The notes under the pieces are model-generated. The model was not told the origin of the DNA, did not search any database, and saw only the letters and a program-made list of their open reading frames with translations. DNA of 64,000 bases from the NCBI RefSeq assembly GCF_006345805.1, contig NC_043006.1:23870001-23934000 (forward strand), read 5' to 3'. Shown one piece after another: positions 40,171-52,326 of the stretch (its first letter is position 1; each line of letters opens with the position of its first letter). Position numbers and translations under genes: made by a program. This stretch comes from Octopus sinensis (lineage: Eukaryota).

Positions 40171-41530
40171 TATACCTATATATATATATATATACACATG
40201 TATATATACCTATATATATATATACACATATATGTATATATACCTATATATATATACACATATACGATGGGCTGCTTTCAGTTTCCGTCTACCAAATCCT
40301 CACTCAAGGCTTTGGTCAGCCTGAGGCTATAGAAGACACTTGCCCAAGGTGCCACACAGTAGCACTGGACCCAGAACCATGTCGTTGATAAGCAATGTAC
40401 TTACCACACAGCCACTCATGTGCATTTTGATCAAATCTTTTATCTTTTACTTGTTTCAGTCATTAGACTGTGGCCATGCTGGAGCACAGCCTTGACAAAT
40501 TTCTAGTCAAACGAATCAACCCCAGCACTTCGGTTCATTTTTAAGCCTGGTACTTGTTTTATTTGTCTCTTCTTCTGAACCATTAAGTTACAGAGATGTT
40601 AACACACCAACACTGGTTATCAATTAGTGGTTGGGAACAAACTCAAAGACACATTCACACACACACACACGACAGGCTTCTTTCAGTTTCCATCTATTAA
40701 ATCCATTTGCAAAGCTTTGGTTGACCCAATGCTATAGCAAGAGATACCTGCCAAAGGTGTCAAGCAGTTGGACTGAACCACGAACCATATGGTTGGGAAG
40801 CAATCTCCTAACCACATAAGGATGGACAAAATGCTACAAAGCATTTTGCCCAGCATGTCAACAATTCTGCCAGCTCGCTGCCATAATAATAATAATAATA
40901 ACAATAATAATAATAATAATAATAATTCTTTTCTACTCTAGGCACAAAGCCCGAAATTTTGGGGGAGGGTGTCAGCTGATTAGATCAACCCCAGTACACA
41001 ACTGGTACTTAGTTTATCAACCTCAAAAGGATGAAAGGCAAAGTCAACCTTGGAGGAATTTGAACTTAGAATGTAAAGACAGACAAAATACCGCTAAGCA
41101 TTTTGCCCAGTGTGCTAACTTTCTGCCAGCTTGCTATCAATAGAGCTGGCAGAATCATTAGCACGCCGGGTGAAATACCTAGCAGTATTTCGTCAAGCAT
41201 TACGTTCTGAGTTCAAATTCCGCTGAGGTCAACTTTGCTTTACATCCTTTCGAGGTTGATTAAATAAATACCAGCCATGCACTGGGGTCGATGTAATCAA
41301 CTGACACCCTTTGTCTGTCTTTGTTGTTCCCCTCTATGTTTAGCCCCCTGTGGGTAATAAAGAAATAAACAATAATAATAATAATGTTTCTAAGATAGGC
41401 ACAGAACCTGGAATTTGAGGGAATAGGGTTAAGCCTATTAAATCAACACCTGCACCTTTATTAGAGGCAACCTGAAGCTAAACAACAACAACACTAAAAG
41501 CCACAAAATCAGGAATGTGGTGATGCCTAC

Positions 41531-41869
41531 ATTTGGTTGAAGAACTTGCATTAGACGTTTTTCAAGTTGGGAATTCTTTGCCTTCTCTTCGTTGAGGTGA
41601 AGTGACAGAGTGTTCGACTGTTCGTGCAAGATGTTGAGTTCAGTCAACAGCTGGTTGTAGTCTGTAGATTGTTGATCAGATAAGGCCATCGTGGACTGTA
41701 GACTAGCATAATTGTTATTCACTTGAGACAACTTTTGAGTCAGCTGTGACATCATTTCGTCTTTCTGTTGGATCCGCTGGTGAAGATTAAGAATTTCACA
41801 TTTGGCATCTTGTAAAGCTTGTGATGACACCGAGTGTTGTTTCATCTGTCCATTCAGCTTTTCACCAGC
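41531..41869 (-). CDS. AKAP9: AKAP9/pericentrin-like exon (AGEKLNGQMKQHSVSSQALQDAKCEIL...LQPN, 113 codons)
   Basis: Acceptor tttccattcag| and donor AAT|gtaggc, phase 0/0. Coiled-coil composition; resembles AKAP9 'DLLQAKQQILTHQQQLEEQD' (recalled). Confidence 0.85.
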
Positions 41870-42311
41870 CTGAATGGAAAAAGAAGAGGAAAATAAAAAA
41901 AATAAAAATTAAGACAAATGAAGAAAAATTTAAATGAGTAAAAAAAAAATGAAAACAAATGCAAAAAAAAAGAATTTTGAAAGTGTGAAATGAAGAATAA
42001 GATGCTCCAGTGTGGCCATAATTGTGATTGCTTTATGCATTAACCTTTAAACTGGCTACATCCAGTGAAAATATTCTACCCGTTTTATATTCAAACTGGT
42101 CAGATCCAGCCTCTCACACTTACCCAAGAATACTCTTCTAAAAGTAGACAATCACATCATTGAAATCATGAAGCTATAAAAGAATTTATGGTTAATTCAA
42201 AACAAGGTAAATATATAAGGATTACATGTGAGGGAGTAATTTGAATGCAAAGGGATTAAAACAAACTCTAGAAGGAGGGAAAATACATGGTCTTGTACTT
42301 CTTGATCTTAA

Positions 42312-42954
42312 CTCTTTTGTTACCAACCCGACCGCAGCCGGTTGAAAAAGTTTTTGGCACTAACAACCAGCCCAGACACAGCCGGTCAAGTGAACCCATT
42401 GATATTTAAATGTGAATTCCAGCACAAATTTTGTTAGTGCATTTGTGAAAACATGCGATTTCTCTTTGTAAATAGGTGAGTTACAGTATCTGACATTGTC
42501 TGACATGATATCTGAGCTCTGCTAATTTTGAAAGATTTTTTTTCCACATTTTTTCCTTCGGCGATTTTTTTTCAACTTCAACAGTTTTCATGCTATGAAA
42601 CAGTCATTCTGAATTTGAGGGCTTTTCAATGGAGGATATGGAGAATTCAAGCAAATGTAAGCTTATAAGCTACAGAAACAAACTGTTACACAGAAAGTAA
42701 ACAAACCAAGAAAAAAGACAGCTTGTGGTTTACGAGTATTTACCTGTAATTAGAGTCACATTGAGACAAAAGTTATGCAAGAGAATTGATTAAAACCTTT
42801 TCTTTGATTGTGTCCCAAAAATCATATTAATATGTCAATAAATAAAAAAAAGTTACAGATATTTAATGAAACCAGTCTAAATTCGTGATTATTTTAGAAT
42901 TTAATCGAAACTCATAAGGGGTGTGTTTTAATTAGAAATATAGTAATGAAAGGG
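42312..42954. mobile_element. Longer non-autonomous piggyBac-like element related to family 2
   Basis: TTAA flanks; termini CTCTTTTGTTAC / GTAATGAAAGGG; the 3' part resembles family 2. Confidence 0.7.
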
Positions 42955-45099
42955 TTAATATTTACTAAAGAATATATTAATGAACAATGCTTTAATATGG
43001 TTTCAACAGCTGGATAGCTTTTCTAATGCAAATCACATTACAAAGTGTATTAGATCATTTTCCATGGCATCGGTACTGGCAAGGACAGCAAGATGCAAAG
43101 AGTCTCTTCAAATGAATGAAAATATAGTAGAGAAAGAGGTGGTGGTTTTATGCTAGGTGTTCAGAGCCAGAAGAATGATAGAGGCACGGGAACAGTTGTT
43201 TTGCTGTGGAGGAGATACATGGCTACCCTGCAATATATATGGGTAGACGGGAGCAGCTGAAAAGAGTTAACTCTTTAGCATTCAGATTACTCTTGTCAAA
43301 TGTAATGTTAATTTATTCATTGCTTAGAATTAATCATGCATCATCTCGTAGCTTCAAGATTTTGATAACCGACTGTTAATTTTAGAATGACATTGCAGGG
43401 TAGGTGGGAGAGGCCAGATCTGGCCACTTTGAACATAAAACCGGTAGAATATTTGGGCCACATATGGCTGGATTAAATGCTAAAGGGTTGAAGTTGGTGG
43501 TGGTGGTGGTGGTGATGATATAATGTCAGGGTGTAAACCTCAAAAGACAAGGTGAGTAGAAGAGAGAAAATACAGACAGAAGATTGGGAAGAGTGAGTTA
43601 GTAAGTTCACAAATGTGTACTGGGTCATTTTCCATGCCACCGGCACTAGCAAGGACGTCAAGTTGCAAGATGTAAAAAGGTTCTTCAAATGAATGGAAAT
43701 ATAATAGAGAAAGGCGTGGTGGTTTTACCCCAGGTGTTCAGAGCCAGAAGAATGATAGAGGCACAGGAACAGACGTCTTGCTGTAAAGGAGATACATGCC
43801 AGCATGGAAAACGGACGTTAAACGATGATGATGAGAGGGGAGTGAGAGATGGTTAGAGATGATGGGAGAGGTGAATGTAGTGAAGGGTGAACAAGGATGA
43901 AGACACGTTCAAAGGTAAATATGAGTTTGTATGAAAAGCGGTAAGAAATAGAAGTGACTCGGTAAACAGGAGATGACAGATGGTTAGGTGCTTGTGTTAT
44001 TTCTTTCCTTCCTTCCTCTTTGTGCATTGATTTCATTCAAAGGATTGCAAAGAAATATTTGTGAGACAAATTTTTTAATTTCACATTTCGAATGTTGTTA
44101 CTGAGGTGTTAGCACAGTCATCTCCCCTGATAAAATTTACAGCTGACCGAAAGATCTAGTTTGTTCAGACGAAAGAGAACCGGGAATGAGTTACGACAAA
44201 GAAGAACAACGAAGAAGAATGACAGATAAATACGTTTGGTTTTTTTGTTTTTTTAAGTTTAAAACAGAGGAAGAGAAGGGGGCCTCGACTTATTTCATAT
44301 TGCTTTCTCCAAGCTTGGTAAGTAAAAGAAGCAAAGGAACCGTGTTTGTCTAGCCCTGTGTTGACCTTGAGTAGGGCATGCCAGCTATGATCACTCCATC
44401 TTTTTTCCGTGCATAGTGTACCTAAGAAAATACAATCTAATGTATATTCGTTTTAAAAGGCAGAGGGTTGTGAGAAGAGGGAGATTTGACTGCGATTTTT
44501 AGTAGATCAAATGGCAATGTAAAGGTTCAATCACTGGCTCTACAGTTCATGTAGTAGAAATCAGCATATCCTCCTGAGATAGGAAACTTGCTCTGATGAT
44601 AGCAAAGGAGGAAGGGTTGTGCACATTCGTGCATCCGTGGGCACGTGTGTGCAGGCATGTGCACACGCATGATGTGTGTGTGCATGCATGTGTGTGTATG
44701 CGCATGTGTGTGTGTGTCTGTGTAGCAGGAGCGTAAGTAGTCAGGCTACATATTGATTTCAGATTCTGGCACAAGGCCAGCGTTTTTGAGAGAGGAGGTA
44801 AGGCAATTACACTGACTCCCAATGCTCAACTGGTATTTATTTTAACAACCCCAAAAGGATGGGTGACCTCAGAGGGGCTTGAACTCAAAACGAAGACAGA
44901 CAAAATGCTGCTAAACATTTTGCCTGGTGTACTAATGACTGCCAGTTCGTTAGGCTATATATTAAATATCCTGCATTGGGGCCAGTCTAAACCAACAACA
45001 CTTCTCTTAAATCAAAGCAACAACAATTCCCAATATGATTCCACCCCCACCTCACACACACGTGTACCAAATGAAAAAATTAGAAAGTTGTCAAGTCAC

Positions 45100-45273
45100 C
45101 TGTTGCAATTGTAGTTGTAATAACTGGACATGCTGCGCCAATTTTTGGGTTTCAACTGAGCAGGCCTGCTGCAATCCTCTCTCGGTATTCTCTTGAAATG
45201 ACATCTGCAAGCGTGACGTCAGCTGGCGCAGAAGTTCATCTCGCTTTAGGATAGCATTTTCGAGTTCCTGAAT
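45100..45273 (-). CDS. AKAP9: AKAP9/pericentrin-like exon (IQELENAILKRDELLRQLTSRLQ...LQQ, 58 codons)
   Basis: Acceptor gtctccag| and donor CAG|gtgact, phase 0/0. Closely resembles AKAP9 'LQEFEAAIKQRDGIITQLTANLQQ' (recalled). Missed by the ORF track. Confidence 0.88.
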
Positions 45274-46026
45274 CTGGAGACAATCAGTGGAATAACAAGA
45301 ACAGGAAAAGAAAAGGAAGCAAAAAAAAAAGTATAAATCAGAAAAGAAAACATTTTCTTAAATATTAGAGTCAGTTTTTTGCCTAGGGGTTATATTATGC
45401 TGATGAGGATGAAATGGTGCTATACACAGCTACCTATGGATACATAATTTAAGATTTTTATAATGAATACTAAAAATGATTAATAGAAATATTAAATATT
45501 TATACTCTGTACATCTCCTTCGTTATTCTATTTAAAAATCAAACTTGTAACCGCCACCATTTTTAATCTAGAAGTTATCTCTCTTATAATAATTGCTGTG
45601 TTCCAAATAAGGTAATGTTTCTGCAGGGCCAGAAGTGTGTTTCATGAAAGACTAAAAATGAAGAATGCTGCTTCTATGATGGTGAGACTCGTTTACAACT
45701 GTCTCTTGATTTCAAGGCAAGGAGACAGTAATACACACACATATATCATCATCATCATCATTTAACATCCATTGTCCATGCTGGCATGTTTTGGCCGGTT
45801 TGACTGCGGTTGGCATGCTGAAAGGCTGCACCAGACTACAGTCTGATTTGACATGGTTTTCTATGGCCGGATGCCCTTCCTAATGCCAACCACTCCAAGA
45901 GTATAATGGGTGCTTTTATATGCCACCAAACATGGGTGCCATTTGCATGAGACCGGTATCTGCCATGACTGCAATTTTGCTCAGTTTGATGGGTCTTCTT
46001 CTCAAGCCAAAGGTCTGAGTCGTTGC

Positions 46027-46200
46027 CACCTTTTTCTTTCCTTTTTTTTCTCTCCTTGTTTTTTTTCTGTGTCCCTTTCTGTAGAAGAGCGTAGGCTCGA
46101 AACATAAAAAACTTTTTCTATTCCTGAGCGTTATACTAATACATCTGTTTGTTTTGTACACCACCTGTCTTCGTCTTTAGTTTTTTTCATAAACTCTCCC
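46027..46200 (+). mobile_element. Penelope-type terminal fragment with a variant hammerhead-like motif
   Basis: Pyrimidine tract, then CTGTAGA-A-GAGC-GTAG-GCTC-GAAAC (46079..46103), ending at (TA)n. Confidence 0.5.
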
Positions 46201-46433
46201 TATATATATATATATCCCTCTCTCTCTCTCTTTCGGAGAGGCACTGAGCAGCTATACGCACACATACACACACGGCAGTAACTCCTGCCTACCGAATTCA
46301 ATCACAAAGCTCCGGTCGGCTTGGGGCTATAGCGGAAGACACCTACCCAAAGTGCCATGCAGTGGGACTGAACCCGAAACCATGTAGTTAGGAAGCAAGC
46401 TCCCTAACCACACAGCTATGCCCGTGCCTACGC

Positions 46434-46713
46434 CATATATATAATAATAATAATAATAATAAATGGCACGTTTGTGTTTGTGAATTTGTTACTTTATCCC
46501 CTTCAAAACTATCCAACAGACCTTGATGAAACTTGACACATGTGTGGGACTTATGCCCATGCGGTCACTTATGCACTTGGAATTTTTTTTTAATCAATTT
46601 TTAATCAGCATCGATTTTAATTTTTTGAAAAATGCCAAAATTTGATGAAAATTGTTTCATGGCTATCAACAAACATCTTATTAAGGGTAATTTTTACCGG
46701 TTACCTCAGCTAG
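46434..46713 (+). mobile_element. Probable non-autonomous Helitron (second family)
   Basis: Ends with a GGTAA...TTACC hairpin and CTAG|T. The 5' end is an AT-rich tatatataataa tract with a degenerate TC. Confidence 0.55.
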
Positions 46714-46744
<31 letters not shown>

Positions 46745-47139
46745 AGGTGCAGGGGTGGCTGTGTGGTAAGTAGCTTGCATACCAACCGCATGTTTCCAGA
46801 TTCAGTCCCACTGCATGGCACCTTGGGCAAGTGTCTTCTACTATAGCCTTGGGCCAACCAAAGCCTTGTGAGTGGATTTGGTAGATGGAAACTGAAAGAA
46901 GCCTGTCATATATATGTGTGTGTTTGTGTGTCTGTGTTTGTTCTCCCATCATCGCGTGACAACTGATGTTGATGTGTTTACATCCCTGTAACTTAGCAGT
47001 TCAGCAAAAAAAGACCTATAGAATAAGTACAGGGCTTATAAAAGGTAAGCTCTGGGGTCAATTTGTTCAACTAAAGGCAGTACTCCAGCATAGCCACAGT
47101 CAAATGACTGAAACAAATAAAAGCATATAGTATATATAT

Positions 47140-47186
<47 letters not shown>

Positions 47187-47513
47187 AATGGCTTCTTTCA
47201 GTTTACATCTACCAAATCCACTCCCAAAGCTTTGGTTGGCCTGGGGCTAGTAAAAGACACTTGCCCAAGGTGCTATGGCCACAGAGTGGGACTGAGCCTA
47301 AAGCCATGTGGCTGGGAGGCAAACTTCCTACCACACAGCCACGCCTACACCAGCCCACCACAAGCAGCAACACCACTGATGACGACAATAATAACAGACG
47401 ATTTCTTTTGACTGGGAACACAACAACGAAGAGGAGGGTTTGTAACAGGAAAGATACAGTTGATATAATTAGAAAAGTAACAATGGCTCTGTCTTAAAAT
47501 ATACATAACCTAC

Positions 47514-47573
47514 CCGTAGGGTCAAGTCTCGTTGATGTCCAGGTTCAAATTTGCTGGCAGGATCAAGAGCATT
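47514..47573 (-). CDS. AKAP9: AKAP9/pericentrin-like 60-nt exon (NALDPASKFEPGHQRDLTLR)
   Basis: Strong polypyrimidine acceptor ttttgttatatttcag| and donor CGG|gtaggt. Open frame, phase 0/0, unique sequence between repeats. Not recovered in this frame by the ORF track. Confidence 0.7.
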
Positions 47574-49642
47574 CTGAAATATAACAAAATAAAACATGTA
47601 AATATAACTACAAGAAAACATAAAAATACAAATAAAAATGAAAATATACTAAAGATGCCAGGACCGTCTTCGATGCCAGGTCCACCTGACTGGATCCCAT
47701 GCCAGTGGCATGTAAAAAGCACCATCCGAACATGGCCGATGCCAGTACCCCTTTACTGGCACCCCATGCCGGTGGTATGTAAGAAGCACTATCTGAATGT
47801 GATCGATGCCAGGCCCACCTGACTGGCTCCTGTGCAAGTGGCATGTAAAAAGCACCCACTACACTCTTGGAGTGGTTGGCGTTGGGAAGGGCATGCAGCT
47901 GTAGAAACTTTGCCAGATCAGATTGGACCCTGGTGCAGCCTTCTGGCTTGTCAGCCCTCAGTCAAACCATCCAACCCATGCCAGCATGGAAAGCAGACGT
48001 TAAACGACAATGATGATGATATATATATTTATTTTATGCTGGGACACCACCTTGAAGAGTTTAGTCAAGTGGTCTTCAACCAGGGTCTATACAAGATTTT
48101 GTTAAAAATTGAACATTAAATCGTTTATACTTCTACCATCATCATTGTCGTTTAACGTCTGCTTTCTATGCTGGCATGGGTTGGATGGTGTGACTGAGGA
48201 GGACTGGCAAGCCAGAAGGCTGTACCAGGCTCCAGTCTGATTTGGCATGGTTTCTATAGCTGGATGCCCTTCCTAATGCCACTGGCATCAACCACACTCA
48301 AATGGCGCTTTTTACATGCCACTGGCACAGGAGCCAGTCGGGCAGCACACACAAAATATTTTAATTTTTTTATACAATTCTTTATGATATTTAGTTATAA
48401 AAATATTATGAGATTTTTCATTAAACATCAAATGGCTTTGGGGATCAACCTGAGTAAAACAGCAATCAAAGGGGTCCGCATGTATAAAAGGGGGAGAGAA
48501 CCACTGGTTTGGTCAATCACATTGACCTCGGGACTTATTCTAGTACTTATTTTACCAGTCTCTTTGGCCAAACCACTAGGTCACAAGAAAGTAAACAAAC
48601 CAACATCAGTTGTCAAGTGACATGGCAGGGGATATGACACACTTCTACAGTTTCCATCAACCAAATCCACTTTCAAGGCATTGGTTAGCAGGGGGCTATA
48701 GTAAAAGACACAGCTCAAGCTGTCACACAGAGGGACTGAACCCCAAACCACATGTTTATATTAGAATATATATAAATTTAGCCTTACTCTAGAATAATTA
48801 GGGAGTTGTCTGCTACAGAGAAAACATACCTGTCTGCCACACACAGAATCAAGTCTTTGATATAATTGGATACTATTTATCTTCAGTTCTAACAGAACCA
48901 CACACACTGAGAGAGAGAGTGTGTGTGTGTGTGTATGTGTGTTTCTATGTCTAGTTATATATAAACAATTCAACATTAAGCTGCTGTATTACTAAATACA
49001 TTTCGTGGAGTACATGTCAATTACGGCCATGCTGGAGCACCACCTGTAGTCAAGCAAATCTAGCCCAGGACTTATTCTTTGTAAGCCTAGTACTTATTCT
49101 ATTGGTCTCTTTTGCCAAACTGCTAAGTTACAGAGACGTAAACGCACCAACATCGGTTGTCAAGCAATGTTGGGGGGGGGGACAAACACAGACACACAAA
49201 CATATACACAATGGGCTTCTTTCAGTTTCCGTCTACCAAATCCACCCATAAGGCCTTGGTTGGCCCGAGGCTGTAGCAGAAGACACTTGCCCAATGTGCC
49301 ACACAGTGGGACCGAACCCAGAACCATGTGGTTGGTAAGCAAGCTTTTTACCACATAGCCACACCTATTATATTTTTATAGACAGCATGTGGTCAGAAGC
49401 TTGCTTTCTAACAACATGGATCCAGGTTCAGTCCCATGTAAAAAGTACCCATTACACTCTCGGAGTGGTTGGCATTAGGAAGGGCATCTAGCTGTAGAAA
49501 CACTCATTGCCAGATCAGATTGGGCTTCCCAGACCCCAGTCCAACCATCCAACCCATGCCAGCATGGAAAAATGGATGTTAAACGATGATGATGACGACT
49601 TCATGGAAATGGATGTGTGGCATTCGATCATACAATAATATA

Positions 49643-49704
<62 letters not shown>

Positions 49705-50145
49705 TATATATATATAATATATATATATATATCTTTCTTTCTTTCTATCTTTAATCTTTTACTTGTTTCAGTCATTTGATTGCGGCCATGCTGGAGCACC
49801 GCCTTTAGTCGAGCAAATCAACCCCGGGACTTATTCTTTGTAAGCCCAGTACTTATTCTATCGATCTCTTTTGCCGAACCGCTAAGTGACGGGGACGTAA
49901 ACACACCAGCATCGGTTGTCAAGCAATGCTAGGGGGACAAACACAGACACACAAACATATACACACTAACTTATATATATATATATATATACATATATAC
50001 AATGGGCTTCTTTCAGTTTCCATCTACCAAATCCACTCACAAGGCATTGGTCGGCCCGGGGCTATAGCAGAAGACACTTGCCCAAGGTGCAGACACTTGC
50101 CCAAGTGTATGTATATATATATATATATATTATATATATATATAT

Positions 50146-50186
<41 letters not shown>

Positions 50187-50251
50187 TATATACATTATAT
50201 ACATGCATATATGTACATACCAACATATATAAGTATATATACATGCATATA

Positions 50252-50585
50252 TGGGTACAGGATGTTAAAAAAACTTGAACAAAATGCAAAATGAGAACAT
50301 AAAGAAAACGAAAACATGGAAAACGAACTTTTTTTTTCCAACAACGAACGAAACAGAGAAACGAGACAGGCAACATGAGGAAAACCTCTTCATCAGTAGT
50401 TCCAATGTTCGAAACGCAGAATAGATAAAACAGGGGACAACTGATGAAGGGATTGTTCTTTATGTGGCCTGTTTCGTTTCTCTATTTCATTCATTCTTCA
50501 AAGAATTGTTCGTTTTCCATGTTTTCATTTTTTTTATGTTCTCATTTTGCATTCTGTTCACGTTTTTTTTTATGTCCTGTACATG
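50252..50585. mobile_element. Foldback element with about 150-bp inverted arms
   Basis: GTACAGGATG...CTTCATCAG mirrored by CTGATGAAG...TGTCCTGTAC, inserted in (TA/CA)n. A related single arm lies at about 33370..33680. Confidence 0.75.
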
Positions 50586-50603
50586 TATGTCTATATACAC
50601 ATA

Positions 50604-50901
50604 TCTTTATATATAAAAGTCAAGTTGTGTGTCTGTCTCCTACAATTTAGATTCCTAACTACTCCCACATTTAGCGGTGCAGTTTAACCAAAACCGGGTA
50701 TCTTATAGTCGTGATTCATATCAAGCCCTTCTGGGTATTAGCGTGCATCTACAATGAGTCTACGATTTTTAAAAGAATTTACCATCATTTTTTTTCGATT
50801 TTTAATGCATTTTTTTTGCTATTTTTCGGCTATAACTCTCTAAAAATGCTTATATAGTTATTTCCCTTACAAACCCGAGCAACGCCGGGCGATACTGCTA
50901 G
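50604..50901 (+). mobile_element. Non-autonomous Helitron
   Basis: 5' TC, 3' hairpin CCCGAGCAACGCCGGG followed by CTAG, inserted between A and T with no TSD. Confidence 0.85.
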
Positions 50902-50918
50902 TATATATATATATATAT

Positions 50919-51807
50919 GTTCTTGTCCCAGTTTGTATTTTTCTACATATAATATATAGCGGTGCCCATACCCTCTTTGGCCTTGTATGTAAGTACATAT
51001 TCCTTTAAATTTGGTACGACTCTATAACACTGTCTCTCTCTCCTACATTTCTCTGCCTTTCACACTTTGCACTCTACTTTGATCTGTCTCTTTCTCTCTC
51101 TACTTCTCCTCCTCCTTTTCTCTTTTCTTGCCTCTGATTCTTTGGTCTCCTCTTCCCCCACTCTCTCACATTTCTCTGTCTTTCTCACTTTGCACCTCAC
51201 TGATTCTGTCGCCAAGCCAATCCTTGGCACGCTCTCTTTCTTCTCCCCTCTTTAATTCCTTCTTTCTCTCTCTTCTCCCCCCATTGGTGCCTTCGTCCTT
51301 CCTTTTCTCTCTCTCTCTTTGATTCCTTTGCCCCCTTTTTTTCTCTCTCTTCTCCTCTCACGTGACCGCTAGTCAACCAGCCTTTCGGCTTCTAACCAGC
51401 GCCACGAGAACATCGTTGTCTTCGTCTGCCGAAAAAGGCATTTTTTTCCAAAATACGCCAGCTAAACTAAGTTGTACTGTCTATAGTCGTAAGACACCCG
51501 CTGTTTTTGTCCTGTTATTACTATTATTATTTTTTGTATTGATATTCGCGTGGCATCGTCCGTTTTTCTGTCCTCGTTTCGTATACATTCGATCCTTTTT
51601 CCAAGAAATCTAATGCTCGTAGCTTAGTTTTTCCTTGGGGCTGGCTGGATCGGAGCGATCTCAAGATTAATCAGCCAAAATTGCAAGGATGATCTGGTTC
51701 TTGACTGAAGATTGAAGGCTTTGAATGTCCCGTCCGTGTTTTTTGTATCATCTTCTAAATGTTTTACGTTCTTGTCCCAGTTTGTATTTTTCTACATATA
51801 ATATATA
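50919..51807 (+). mobile_element. About 850-bp element bounded by a 40-bp exact direct repeat
   Basis: GTTCTTGTCCCAGTTTGTATTTTTCTACATATAATATATA at 50919 and 51768; internal CT-rich tract; embedded in (TA)n. Confidence 0.6.
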
Positions 51808-51974
51808 TATATATATAAGATAGATGGTTATGGCAAAAGATCTACCAACTCCAGCCAAGGCCTGCACTGATCATCGAATGTAACCGTTGTGGACTATTGT
51901 TCCATACAAAAATAAGTCTTGAATAAATGAATATACTCCACTACATGTATTGCATACTTTTCTTTCAATTGTGA

Positions 51975-52280
51975 AACCATCCGAACGAGGTCGATGCCAG
52001 TACCCACTGACTGGCTCCCGTGCTGGTGGCACGTAAAAAGCACTATCTGAACGTGATCGGTGCCAGGCCCGCCTGACTGGCTCCTGTACCGGTAGTACAT
52101 ATAAAGCACCCACTACACTCTCGGAGTGGCTGGTGTTAGGAAGGGCATCCAGCTATAAAAACATTGCCAGGTCAGACTGGACCCTGGTGCAGTTGCTGGT
52201 TCTTCAGACTTCAGTCAATCCATCCAACCCATGCCAGCATGGAAAGCGGATGTTAAACAATGATGATGATGATGATGATG

Positions 52281-52282
<2 letters not shown>
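51975..52282 (+). mobile_element. Retroposon family C with (GAT)n tail, representative copy
   Basis: Ends CCAACCCATGCCAGCATGGAAAGCGGATGTTAAACAATGATGATG and has internal GGCACGTAAAAAGCAC repeats. Many copies, for example 7933..8350-, 8700..8978+, 47660..48020+, 28955..29240+. Confidence 0.75.
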
Positions 52283-52326
<44 letters not shown>

